Assembly (NCBI GenBank): GCA_017508875.1
Contig: JAFWQX010000175.1
Location: forward strand, 1 to 60,870
Source of the DNA: Clostridia bacterium
GTDB lineage: Bacteria > Bacillota > Clostridia > UBA1212 > UBA1255
Direction of reading: 5' to 3'
DNA length: 60,870 bases
Shown here: positions 18,261 through 28,648 of the stretch, in pieces
Layout of the letters: each line of letters starts with the position of its first letter
How positions within the stretch are numbered: the stretch's first letter is position 1
Notes under the pieces: model-generated
The model's database searches: none
What the model was told of the DNA's origin: nothing
The model's input: the letters and a program-made list of their open reading frames with translations, nothing else
Position numbers and translations under genes: made by a program

Positions 18261-19376
18261 ATGAAAAAAGGCATTATTCTGAAGACGTTGATTTTTGTTA
18301 TTACAGCCGTCATGGCTGCGGGGATTGCTGCGGGATGCAATCTCTTCCCGTCGGAAGATAACATCGTCGCTCCGGCGCTTAAGACGCCGAAACCGGTAGA
18401 ATACCAGTTTTACTCGGTCGTAAAAGGTGACATAATCAAAGGCTCTTCCGGTACCGGCAGCATGACTTCGATCTATTATTACAAGCACGCTTTTCCGACG
18501 TCGGGGGGAATAATCAAAGCAGTTTACGTTTCACTCGGTCAATACGTAAACAAAGGCGATCTGCTCGTAGAGACCGATAATTCGTCGCTCGAGCTCGACT
18601 TCCTTGAGGCTTCGATCGAATACACACAGGCGAAGGCAACGTTCGATAATATGGTTTCCGAATATAACAAGGGCAATATCGATCAGACTGCTTTCCGTAT
18701 CGAGCAGCTTAAATATCAGTACATTGAAGCTAAATACACCAATCTCAAGAACGCCTACGAAAACACAAAACTTGTTGCGCAGGTATCCGGTAAAGTCGTT
18801 TACGTAAACACCGACTATACGACCAACACCAATAAAGAAATCGTTGCCGGCGAAACGATCGTCGCGATAGACTCCGAAGACGAAAAATACATGTATCTTG
18901 TATTTGACAAATCTCTCGAAGCACAGAAAGATTCCTCTGCGACTCCTCAGCAGTTTAAAGTCGGAACCGTTCTTACTTTGTCCCTCAATCCCACAAAAGA
19001 GGATCCCAATCCGATACAGTTTGAAGGCGTTATCGTTGGTACCGATCAGATCGTTAAAGATACCGGTATCGGCTACCTCGATTCGGCTAAATATTACTGC
19101 AAACTTCTTTCATACCCGGATTACGGCTCTGACGAATCGAGACGCATAGCTTCCGGTACCCTTATCCGTTATACGTACGTAGAAGATTCTAGACAGGACG
19201 TACTGATTATTCCGATAAATACCTGCTATGAATATAACGGTAAGCATTACGTTTATATGCTTGATTACAATACAAATCTAAAAAAAGAAGTTTACGTTGA
19301 ACTCGGGTTATCTAACGATTCGTACGTAGAAGTCGTTTCCGGACTGAAGCGCGGCGACAGAATCGTTACGAACTGA
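18261..19376 (+). CDS. Membrane-fusion (MacA/RND adaptor-like) lipoprotein
   Basis: Lipobox IAAG-C, biotinyl-like VSLGQYVNKGDLL, AQVSGKV, C-terminal VELGLS..VEVVSGLKRGD. Start moved to ATG 18261. Confidence 0.8.
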   Translation: MKKGIILKTLIFVITAVMAAGIAAGCNLFPSEDNIVAPALKTPKPVEYQFYSVVKGDIIKGSSGTGSMTSIYYYKHAFPTSGGIIKAVYVSLGQYVNKGDLLVETDNSSLELDFLEASIEYTQAKATFDNMVSEYNKGNIDQTAFRIEQLKYQYIEAKYTNLKNAYENTKLVAQVSGKVVYVNTDYTTNTNKEIVAGETIVAIDSEDEKYMYLVFDKSLEAQKDSSATPQQFKVGTVLTLSLNPTKEDPNPIQFEGVIVGTDQIVKDTGIGYLDSAKYYCKLLSYPDYGSDESRRIASGTLIRYTYVEDSRQDVLIIPINTCYEYNGKHYVYMLDYNTNLKKEVYVELGLSNDSYVEVVSGLKRGDRIVTN

Positions 19377-19430
19377 CAGTTTTTATGGCTGATCACTTGA
19401 TTTGCTGAATGTCACGGAGGAATCTATTAA

Positions 19431-22268
19431 ATGATAAAATCAGTCCTCAGTAAGATAGCAAACAATATATGGCTTTTTATCTGTCTGACGCTGGGTTCTC
19501 TTCTGATAACGGCTATTCTTTCGAGTATACCTGTCTATACTGACGGTGCGCTAAGAAAGATGCTTAATTCCGAACTGATCAACTATCAGTATGATACGGG
19601 AAAGACTGCCGGTCAATACTACACCAGTATTAATTTTGCGAGCGACTATTCTTCAAACGGCGCACTTGGGCTCATAGACGAGGCCAGAGAGAAGCTCCAT
19701 TACGTTTTCGATGAAAACGACATCGGTTATACCGATTCTTTCGAAGGCGGCGTGCTTCGTTTAAGAAGTGACAGATCAAGCGGCCTTATCAATACTTCCC
19801 AGTATGAGATGAGATACATGACCGGTATCCTTAATCATATCGAGATAATCGAAGGGCGCAGATACCGTGATTCATACGACGGAGTATATGAAGTTATGGT
19901 ATCCGAGCAGGCTTATAACAGCAATATAATACATCTTGATCAAGTCTACTACTTTTCGCTGCCTCTGATCAGAGATGAAAACGCTCCGATCATTGCATTA
20001 AAAGTTGTTGGCGTTTTCAGAATGAACGAGGATTCCGCGGGCTTCTTTTATAATTCTGATGACGGCTATCCGCTCGATTTCTTTGTTTCTCCTGAAAGCT
20101 TTAAAACAGGTATGTATACGTATGATTACGCTAAGTATCTTACAAGGATCGAGTTCTATCACAATATCGATTTTCAGGATATGGAAAGGTCAAAACTGAA
20201 CAAGTTCTTCTCTGTTCACAAATCGATCAGGACCTATCTTGATGATTTCCCTTCGGGCCATAAAAGTATTGCGTTTCCGCTCAATAAAACTGTTACTAAC
20301 TATGCGGATAAAGGCTGGCAGCTTGAGCTGACGATGTGGGTATTCAACGCTCCTATCGTAATAATGCTGGCTTATTATCTGTTTATGGTTTCAAAACTTA
20401 TAATCGAAGAGGATAAAAATGAAATTTCATCGCTTCGAAGCAGAGGAGCGACGCAGAAACAGATATTCTCCAGATATCTTATCGAATGCGGCATCATTAA
20501 CGGCGTTTCATTGATCCTCGGACCTCCGCTCGGACTATTATTGTCGCAGGTCATAGGAAGCGCAAACGGATTCCTTGAATTTGTCAACAGATCCGGGCTC
20601 GTCCTCAGGATCGTGCCTATGGCATACGTTTATGCGTTGATCGCCGCGGTGCTGTTTATGGCAATGGTCCTTATTCCGGCGTTTCAGGCTACGAAGAGTA
20701 CGATCGTTCAGCACAAGCAGAAAAAAGCGCGTAAGAATAAAAAACCGCTCTGGGAAAAAGCATTTCTCGATTTTATTTTCCTCGGAGTTTCCATCTACCT
20801 TCTTCTTACGTATACAAACCATTCGGATATGCTGTTCTCTTCAAGCGGAAGTGTAGATCCTACGATCTATTTCATTTCAACGCTGTTCATCATATCCTGC
20901 GGAATGGTATTCATGCGCATTTATCCGTATATTCTTAAGCTGATATTCGGTATATTCAAAAAGCGCATGTCTCCTCCCGTTTACGCCACGTTTGTTCAGG
21001 TATCGAGGGGCAGCAACGATAACCGCTTCCTTATCATGTTCCTGATCATGACAGTTTCTATAGGTATCTACAGTTCATCTTCTGCCAGGATCATCAACAA
21101 TAACGTGGAAGAAGTTGCCGCCTATAAATGCGGCGCCGACGTTGTCGTATCGCCCGACTGGTCCGAAGTTGAAAATTCCGACACTACCGGCAAAACTACG
21201 TCTACCGACCTTGTCCGTATACCTCTTAACGATTACGCAACTATCAAAGACTTTGACAACTACACGCAGGTCGCCGAGGTCAGGTATGCGATGGTAAAGA
21301 GCGCATATGATTACGAATGGTACGAAGGCGTGCGTATTATGGCAATACAGCCGTATGAATTTACGCAGGTCGTTGATTTCAGATCGGAGCTGCTGGACGC
21401 AAAATCGAGCGACGTTATTCACTGGTACTATTACATCAATCTTATGCAGGAATATCCTACCTCGGTCCTTGTATCGAGACGTATCGCTGAAATTTACGAT
21501 CTGAACATCGGTTCGACCATCGAAATCGACGTTAACGAGTGGGGAACTCCTGAGGAAAAGAAAGTCCCTATTATGAACTGCTACGTACTGGGGATCCTTG
21601 ATTACTGGCCTAACTTCTATGAAGGCGCTGTAAATACGGACGTCGTAAACCAGCTCGTTCTGATGAATTACTCGTATCTTACGTCTGTAAAGTCAAACGT
21701 TACTTACGATCTGTGGTTCAAATTACATAAAGGCAGTACAAAAGCAGATGTTCTTAGCGCCCTTGACGATCGCGGACTTTCGGACGGGATCAAAGATATC
21801 CGCTTCAAGTCCGAGTACATCACGCGCGGCAAGAGCGATTCGATAACGATGGCGTTAAACGGTTCGCTGTCAATGGGTTTTGTGGCTACTATCCTTATTA
21901 CGCTGATAGGCTTCCTGCTTTACTGGATAATGAATATGCGAAAGCGTAAGCTCCAGTTCGGTATTCTGAGGGCAATGGGTCTTTCCAGGTTCAAAGTGAT
22001 ATTTATGCTTACGCTGGAGCAGCTGCTAACGACCGGTGTCGCGGTGCTTATGGGTATCTTTATAGGCAACCTGACTACAAGGCTGTTTATGCCGCTGCTG
22101 AGTCAGACTTTTAAGAGCATGCTCCCGCTTAATCTGACTTACAGTATATTCGATACGCTCAGGATCTTGCTGATCGTTCTCGTTATGATCATTGCGGGAC
22201 TGTTCGTGCTCGGTGCGTTTATCAAGAAACTTAAGATCAATGAAGCTGTTAAAATCGGAGAAGAATGA
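19431..22268 (+). CDS. FtsX/MacB-type ABC permease, 945 aa, two FtsX domains
   Basis: EISSLRSRGAT and QFGILRAMGLS FtsX signatures, large extracellular loops, multiple TM segments. Confidence 0.88.
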   Translation: MIKSVLSKIANNIWLFICLTLGSLLITAILSSIPVYTDGALRKMLNSELINYQYDTGKTAGQYYTSINFASDYSSNGALGLIDEAREKLHYVFDENDIGYTDSFEGGVLRLRSDRSSGLINTSQYEMRYMTGILNHIEIIEGRRYRDSYDGVYEVMVSEQAYNSNIIHLDQVYYFSLPLIRDENAPIIALKVVGVFRMNEDSAGFFYNSDDGYPLDFFVSPESFKTGMYTYDYAKYLTRIEFYHNIDFQDMERSKLNKFFSVHKSIRTYLDDFPSGHKSIAFPLNKTVTNYADKGWQLELTMWVFNAPIVIMLAYYLFMVSKLIIEEDKNEISSLRSRGATQKQIFSRYLIECGIINGVSLILGPPLGLLLSQVIGSANGFLEFVNRSGLVLRIVPMAYVYALIAAVLFMAMVLIPAFQATKSTIVQHKQKKARKNKKPLWEKAFLDFIFLGVSIYLLLTYTNHSDMLFSSSGSVDPTIYFISTLFIISCGMVFMRIYPYILKLIFGIFKKRMSPPVYATFVQVSRGSNDNRFLIMFLIMTVSIGIYSSSSARIINNNVEEVAAYKCGADVVVSPDWSEVENSDTTGKTTSTDLVRIPLNDYATIKDFDNYTQVAEVRYAMVKSAYDYEWYEGVRIMAIQPYEFTQVVDFRSELLDAKSSDVIHWYYYINLMQEYPTSVLVSRRIAEIYDLNIGSTIEIDVNEWGTPEEKKVPIMNCYVLGILDYWPNFYEGAVNTDVVNQLVLMNYSYLTSVKSNVTYDLWFKLHKGSTKADVLSALDDRGLSDGIKDIRFKSEYITRGKSDSITMALNGSLSMGFVATILITLIGFLLYWIMNMRKRKLQFGILRAMGLSRFKVIFMLTLEQLLTTGVAVLMGIFIGNLTTRLFMPLLSQTFKSMLPLNLTYSIFDTLRILLIVLVMIIAGLFVLGAFIKKLKINEAVKIGEE

Positions 22269-22269
22269 T

Positions 22270-22980
22270 ATGGATGCGGGAAATGATATTATTTTAAGAG
22301 CTGAGAACGTTACCCGTGATTTCTATCGCAAATCCGAGGTCATTCATGCTGTCAGAGGAGTAAGCGTAGAGATCAAACGCGGCACGTTCAATATTCTTTG
22401 CGGCCGTTCCGGTTCCGGTAAAACGACACTTATCAATATGCTCGCAGCGATAGATACTCCTACGAGCGGAGATATCTTCTTTGAAGACGTAAACGTTGCG
22501 CTTTTAAACGAACGCAAACGCGACGAACTCAGGAGAAAAAATATCGGTATAATCTTTCAGAATACCGCGCTGCTCGCTCAGATGTCAGCGCTTGAAAACG
22601 TTGAATTTTCACTTTCCGTATCCGGGAAAAAAGTGAAGAATAAAAAAGATCTATGCATTGAATGGCTCGAAAAACTTGGCATTCGCGAACGGCGTAACCA
22701 TATGCCAGCGGAAATGTCGGGCGGCGAACAGGCGAGAGTAGCGATAAGCAGAGCCCTTGTCCACAGCCCGAAGCTGATACTCGCGGACGAACCCACGTCG
22801 GAACTTGACTCTAAAACTTCTTTCAGAGTTGTTGACCTGTTCCGCGAACTTGTAGATAAAGAAGGACTTACGATCGTAATGACTACGCACGACGTAAATA
22901 TTATGGACGTTGCAGACACGATCTATACGATGGAGGACGGTGTAATTGTCAGTGAAAGAAAAGGAAACAAAGCTATCTGA
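22270..22980 (+). CDS. ABC transporter ATP-binding protein (MacB/LolD type)
   Basis: GRSGSGKT, MSGGEQ, ILADEPT, H-loop TTHD. Start moved to ATG 22270, just after the permease stop. Confidence 0.92.
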   Translation: MDAGNDIILRAENVTRDFYRKSEVIHAVRGVSVEIKRGTFNILCGRSGSGKTTLINMLAAIDTPTSGDIFFEDVNVALLNERKRDELRRKNIGIIFQNTALLAQMSALENVEFSLSVSGKKVKNKKDLCIEWLEKLGIRERRNHMPAEMSGGEQARVAISRALVHSPKLILADEPTSELDSKTSFRVVDLFRELVDKEGLTIVMTTHDVNIMDVADTIYTMEDGVIVSERKGNKAI

Positions 22981-24106
22981 TTCCGAAAATGACGGCGCCC
23001 TCTCTAAAAAGGAACGTGCCGCACTTGAAAAAAAAGCAAGGCAGGATGCGAAAGAAGCCGAATTAAGGAAAAAGACCGAGATCCGCGAAGCCGCCGAAAA
23101 GCTTAAAGCGCAGAAGTTTGCCGAGGAGAAAAAAGCCGGCAAACATAAAACGCTTGCAGAAATAACTGACGGAAAAGACGATTATGAGCAGGATTTCAAA
23201 GTCCCCGAAGGTACAGTCGTCTACTGCGAGAACCTTGTAAAGCTTTATAAAATAGGCGACATTGAAGTAATGGCGCTGCAGGGCCTTGACCTTTCCGTTC
23301 AGGACGGCGAGATGGTCGCGATCATCGGTAACAGCGGCAGCGGTAAATCTACGCTTATGAATATTATTGGCGGCCTCGACAGACCTACCGCAGGCAGGAT
23401 CTACGTAAACGGCATAAATCTGCTCAAGCTTGATGATAATCAGATGCTTCAGTATATGCGCGAGACAGTAGGATTCGTTTGGCAGAACACCGCGAGAAAT
23501 ATGATCCCTTACCTTAACGCGCTCGATAACGTTAAACTTGTTATGCAGATGGCCGGAAGACTCGATTCTAACAGGGCCAACGAGCTCCTTGAGATCGTCG
23601 GTCTGGGTCATCGCAAAAAGAGCAAGATGCACGAACTCTCCGGCGGTGAACAGCAGCGTGTCGCAATAGCGATCGGCCTTGCAAACAAACCCAAGATACT
23701 GCTGGCTGACGAACCTACAGGCGCTGTGGATACTAAAACGACCGCCCAGATAATGAGCGTATTTCACCGCCTTAACACCGAGATGGGCGTAACTGTCATA
23801 ATCGTAACTCACGACAGGCAGCTTTCGCACATGGTTCCCAGAGTAGTCACGATCAGCGACGGAAGAATAGGTACGGAATTTATCAGACGTGAAGAGATCG
23901 ACGTTAACAGCGATGATATGATGAACGCCACTGCCGGACATGATACCGGATCTCATATCGAGTACGGCTTTATCGACGGAAGGCGCAGACTTTTCATACC
24001 TGAAAATTATCTGTCTCAAGCAGGGCTTCATGAAAAAAGCAAAGTCGGTATTGAAGTTAAAGACGGAAGATTGGAACTGTTTAAACCGGAGGACGATGTT
24101 AAATGA
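22946..24106 (+). CDS. Second ABC ATP-binding protein with charged N-terminal extension and C-terminal AbrB-like domain
   Basis: [21 protein letters not shown]; TTG start with GGAGG SD; C-terminus [20 protein letters not shown]...[13 protein letters not shown]. Confidence 0.88.
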   Translation: MSVKEKETKLSDSENDGALSKKERAALEKKARQDAKEAELRKKTEIREAAEKLKAQKFAEEKKAGKHKTLAEITDGKDDYEQDFKVPEGTVVYCENLVKLYKIGDIEVMALQGLDLSVQDGEMVAIIGNSGSGKSTLMNIIGGLDRPTAGRIYVNGINLLKLDDNQMLQYMRETVGFVWQNTARNMIPYLNALDNVKLVMQMAGRLDSNRANELLEIVGLGHRKKSKMHELSGGEQQRVAIAIGLANKPKILLADEPTGAVDTKTTAQIMSVFHRLNTEMGVTVIIVTHDRQLSHMVPRVVTISDGRIGTEFIRREEIDVNSDDMMNATAGHDTGSHIEYGFIDGRRRLFIPENYLSQAGLHEKSKVGIEVKDGRLELFKPEDDVK

Positions 24107-24762
24107 TAAGGAAAAGTGCGGTCAGCGTTCTTATTCTTATATCAGTGATCGTTTCACTTGCTTTTTCCGGATGTACGGATATGAGCAACAGAAATCCGGT
24201 CGTTACGTTCAATCTTGATCCGACTACCAGTTCGGGTGTAGGCGGGTCGTTTTCGATCGAACTGTTCCCGGACAAAGCGCCGAATTCGGTCAATTATTTC
24301 ATTCAGCTCGTATCGGAGGGCTATTACAACAAGATTAACGTTTCTCAGGTCAATTCCGGCGTCAGCGTCGTTTTTGGCGATCTGGGATACGCTAAACTAA
24401 ACAACCGCGTGATAAAAGGTGAGTTCGCGGAAAACGGATTTACCGGAAACGACGTGGAGTTCAAACGCGGCACAGTCGGACTCGTACTCGACGAAGGAGA
24501 TCCTGATTCAAATTACGGAGACTTCTTCATCGTGCTAAGCGACGAAGCCGGAAAAGAACTTAACGGCAGGTTTTGCGCAGTAGGAAAGATAACAGAAGGA
24601 ATCGAATTAATAGACGAGATAAGTCTCGCCAAATTTTACCCCGGCAATCACCAGCCGGTATACTCAATACGTACCATTAACGCTGTCGTTGACCTGAAAG
24701 GGCGTTCATATCCCGATGCCGAAACACAGGAGCGGACGAATTATCCGGGAATACACGGCTGA
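24103..24762 (+). CDS. Cyclophilin-fold lipoprotein with degenerate PPIase site
   Basis: Lipobox FSG-C; NPVVT, IELFPDKAPNSVNYF, IKGEFAENG, GDFFI, GKITEG; the FHRVI motif reads VSQVN. Confidence 0.8.
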   Translation: MIRKSAVSVLILISVIVSLAFSGCTDMSNRNPVVTFNLDPTTSSGVGGSFSIELFPDKAPNSVNYFIQLVSEGYYNKINVSQVNSGVSVVFGDLGYAKLNNRVIKGEFAENGFTGNDVEFKRGTVGLVLDEGDPDSNYGDFFIVLSDEAGKELNGRFCAVGKITEGIELIDEISLAKFYPGNHQPVYSIRTINAVVDLKGRSYPDAETQERTNYPGIHG

Positions 24763-24784
24763 CGTTATAGCAGGGAGGTCAATT

Positions 24785-26086
24785 ATGAAAAAAAACTTCA
24801 TTCGTCTCTTGATTTTTATGTTGACTGCAGTTCTCATTGCCGGAGCTTTCGGCTGCGAAAAAGAAGACGACGATCCATCGAATCCGTCGGGCACTTATCA
24901 GCCCGGAATGACGACTGACGAAAAATTTGCCGCAAATTATCAGTCGCTTCTTAAGGGTGATACGATCATTAACGTTGCGATAACGATTTCGGATGCATAT
25001 TATGCCGAGATCCTTGCCGCGCCGGAAGATGAAACTTATTACAGCGCAGATATTAAGATCGGTACGGATACCGTTTCCAAGATCGGATTAAGGACTTCCG
25101 GAAATACTGATCTTTCGGAATTCGAAGATAACTCACAGAGCCGCTATTCGTATAAAGTCAAATTTGACAAATACGTGGATAAGCAGAAATACGTAAAGCT
25201 CGATGAAATGTATCTGCTCAATCTGAAAAGCGATCCTTCGTATATGAGAGCATATCTTGCATACAGCGCTTTCAGGGAGATCGGTGGCAATTCTCCGCTT
25301 TGCTCTTACGCAAATCTTTCCATTAACGGAACTTCACAGGGCCTTTATTTAGCTGTCGAAGCCGTTGACGACGCGTTTTTAAAGCGCGTTTTCGGCGACA
25401 ATGACGGTGTGAATCTTTACAAGGCAGCGGAAGGCGCCGATCTGCTCAGCACAGCATCTCTTGCCCTGCTCGATCAAAAGAACGGCGACGACGAGACTAA
25501 GACCGATCTTCAGCAGCTCATCCAGATCCTGAACGAAATGCCCGAAGGCGAAAAAGGCGATATAGAAAGCATACTTGACGTTGACAGCGCGCTTCGTTAT
25601 ATCGCAGTCTGCACCGGCCTCGGAATTTATAAGAGCTACCTCTCCAAAAACCCTGACAATTATTATCTGGCTGTAAAGGAAGGCAAGTTTTATATTTTCC
25701 CCTGGAACGTGAACAGCGCGTTCGGAGCCGCGGGAAAGGACAACGGCGTTTCGGTGGATATTTCTCCTTACGAGCCTGTTTACAGAACTTCGATGTACGA
25801 ACGTCCGCTCGTTTCAAAACTCCTTGCCGTTGACGAATACGTTACTAAATACGAAGGTTACGTTACTGCCGTACGGGAATACCTTGACGGGATCGAAGCT
25901 AAAATCGAAACGCTGGATAAATTGATCAGCGAAAGCGTAAAGAGCGATACGACCGGATTCTACTCGTACGATCAGTATCTTGTAGCCATCGGAAAATCTG
26001 AACCGGAGAATAATACAACAGGTATCATTGCAATGCAGGAATATGCGACACTTCGCCGCGATTTCCTCAAATCGCTTAATTTCTGA
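24785..26086 (+). CDS. CotH kinase-family lipoprotein (degenerate)
   Basis: Lipobox AFG-C; IGLRTSGN, RYSYKVKFD, DPSYMRAYLAY, GLYLAVEAVD, NYYL, PWN. Start moved to ATG 24785 (GGGAGG SD). Confidence 0.8.
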   Translation: MKKNFIRLLIFMLTAVLIAGAFGCEKEDDDPSNPSGTYQPGMTTDEKFAANYQSLLKGDTIINVAITISDAYYAEILAAPEDETYYSADIKIGTDTVSKIGLRTSGNTDLSEFEDNSQSRYSYKVKFDKYVDKQKYVKLDEMYLLNLKSDPSYMRAYLAYSAFREIGGNSPLCSYANLSINGTSQGLYLAVEAVDDAFLKRVFGDNDGVNLYKAAEGADLLSTASLALLDQKNGDDETKTDLQQLIQILNEMPEGEKGDIESILDVDSALRYIAVCTGLGIYKSYLSKNPDNYYLAVKEGKFYIFPWNVNSAFGAAGKDNGVSVDISPYEPVYRTSMYERPLVSKLLAVDEYVTKYEGYVTAVREYLDGIEAKIETLDKLISESVKSDTTGFYSYDQYLVAIGKSEPENNTTGIIAMQEYATLRRDFLKSLNF

Positions 26087-26100
26087 TACATACACATTAA

Positions 26101-27114
<1,014 letters not shown>

Positions 27115-27131
27115 TGCGGAGGTAGCAAATA

Positions 27132-28349
27132 ATGAAGATTCTTGTAATTAACTGCGGCTCAAGCTCACTTAAGTACCAGCTTATCGATATGACCGACGAA
27201 TCTGTCATATGCTCCGGTATCTGCGACCGTATCGGAAATCCCGCTTCATCCAGCATCACTTATAAGACCGGAGACAGGAAATTCAAGGAAGAAGTTGAAT
27301 TTCCCACTCATACCGAAGCTTTCAACAAACTTGTCGAAATGATGACTTCAGGCGATTCGAAAGTAATTGAAGACAAGAGCGAGATCGATGCTATCGGGCA
27401 CAGAATAGTCCAGGGTGCTGAATTCTTCAAACATTCCGAACTCGTTGACGAAGCGGTCATCAATAAGATCGACGAAATTTCTCCGCTTGCCCCGGTGCAT
27501 AACCCCGCTCACGTACAGGGCCTGCGCTGCGCAGAAAGAATCTTCGGATCTGTACCGAACGTTGTCGTATTCGATACCACGTTCCACCAGACCATGCCTC
27601 CGAAAGCATATATGTTCGGTATTCCGTACGAATATTATGAGAAATATCATATCCGCCGTTACGGCGCTCACGGAACGTCACATAAATACGTCGCCGGGAT
27701 CGCTTCCGAACTCATGGGCAGAAAAGATCTTAAGATCGTGACCTGCCACCTCGGCAACGGTTCATCTATTTCGGCGGTTAAGAACGGCGTCTGCATCGAT
27801 ACTTCGATGGGCCTCACTCCTTTGGGCGGTGTAACGATGGGAACACGTACGGGCGACCTTGACCCGAGCGTAGTTTGCGAGATCAGCAGGATAACAGGCC
27901 TTTCGGGCAACGAACTCAGCAATTATCTTAACAAGCAGTGCGGCTTCCTCGGTATGACCAAAGGTTTCTCTTCGGACAAGCGCGACCTCGAGCTGGCCGT
28001 TGCTGATCCCGACGATCCGCATAACTACCTTTCTACGATCGCCAGCGACGTTTACGATTATCAGATCAAAAAATACATCGGCGCGTACGCTGCGGCAATG
28101 GGCGGTATCGACTGCCTCGTTTTCACCGGCGGAATAGGCGAGAACGATATCAACGTCAGAAAAGATGCCTGCGAAGACATGGAATTCTTCGGAATAAAGA
28201 TCGATCTTGAGAAGAACAACAGAAAGGCGAAAGGAGAGATCCTTTACCTCTCCGTTCCAGGTTCCAGGTGTAAGGTTTACGTCATTCCGACCAACGAAGA
28301 ACTCGCTATCGCGAGAGAAACGCAGGAACTCGTTAACGGCACTCGTTAA
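27132..28349 (+). CDS. ackA: Acetate kinase
   Basis: LVINCGSSSLKYQL, GHRIVQG, VFDTTFHQ, CHLGNGSS, FTGGIGEN, IPTNEEL. Confidence 0.97.
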   Translation: MKILVINCGSSSLKYQLIDMTDESVICSGICDRIGNPASSSITYKTGDRKFKEEVEFPTHTEAFNKLVEMMTSGDSKVIEDKSEIDAIGHRIVQGAEFFKHSELVDEAVINKIDEISPLAPVHNPAHVQGLRCAERIFGSVPNVVVFDTTFHQTMPPKAYMFGIPYEYYEKYHIRRYGAHGTSHKYVAGIASELMGRKDLKIVTCHLGNGSSISAVKNGVCIDTSMGLTPLGGVTMGTRTGDLDPSVVCEISRITGLSGNELSNYLNKQCGFLGMTKGFSSDKRDLELAVADPDDPHNYLSTIASDVYDYQIKKYIGAYAAAMGGIDCLVFTGGIGENDINVRKDACEDMEFFGIKIDLEKNNRKAKGEILYLSVPGSRCKVYVIPTNEELAIARETQELVNGTR

Positions 28350-28365
28350 CTGCAAAAAATAATTG

Positions 28366-28394
28366 TTGACACACAGCAACATTATCTGTATAAT
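28366..28394 (+). promoter_or_regulatory. Consensus sigmaA promoter for the rpmF-der operon
   Basis: TTGACA-N17-TATAAT. Confidence 0.85.
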
Positions 28395-28448
28395 ATTCAG
28401 GTCTGCGTTAAGACAAGGTGCGCTTTCGCGCAACGGGAGGTGTTACAA

Positions 28449-28631
28449 ATGATTTGTCCTAAGAGAAGATGGTCCAAAGCCAGGACGCGCTCCAGAAGAG
28501 CAAACTGGAAACTTGAGACTCCTAATATAGTAAGATGTCCTCACTGCCACGAGTTCAAGCTTCCTCATACCGTATGCGGAAACTGCGGCTATTATAAGGG
28601 ACGCGAAGTCGTAGCGATGAGCGAGGAATAA
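28449..28631 (+). CDS. rpmF: 50S ribosomal protein L32 (Zn-ribbon form)
   Basis: PKRRWSKARTRSRRA, CPHC...CGNCGYYKGR; GGGAGG SD. Confidence 0.95.
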   Translation: MICPKRRWSKARTRSRRANWKLETPNIVRCPHCHEFKLPHTVCGNCGYYKGREVVAMSEE

Positions 28632-28648
28632 TACTGACTTCCGGAGCT

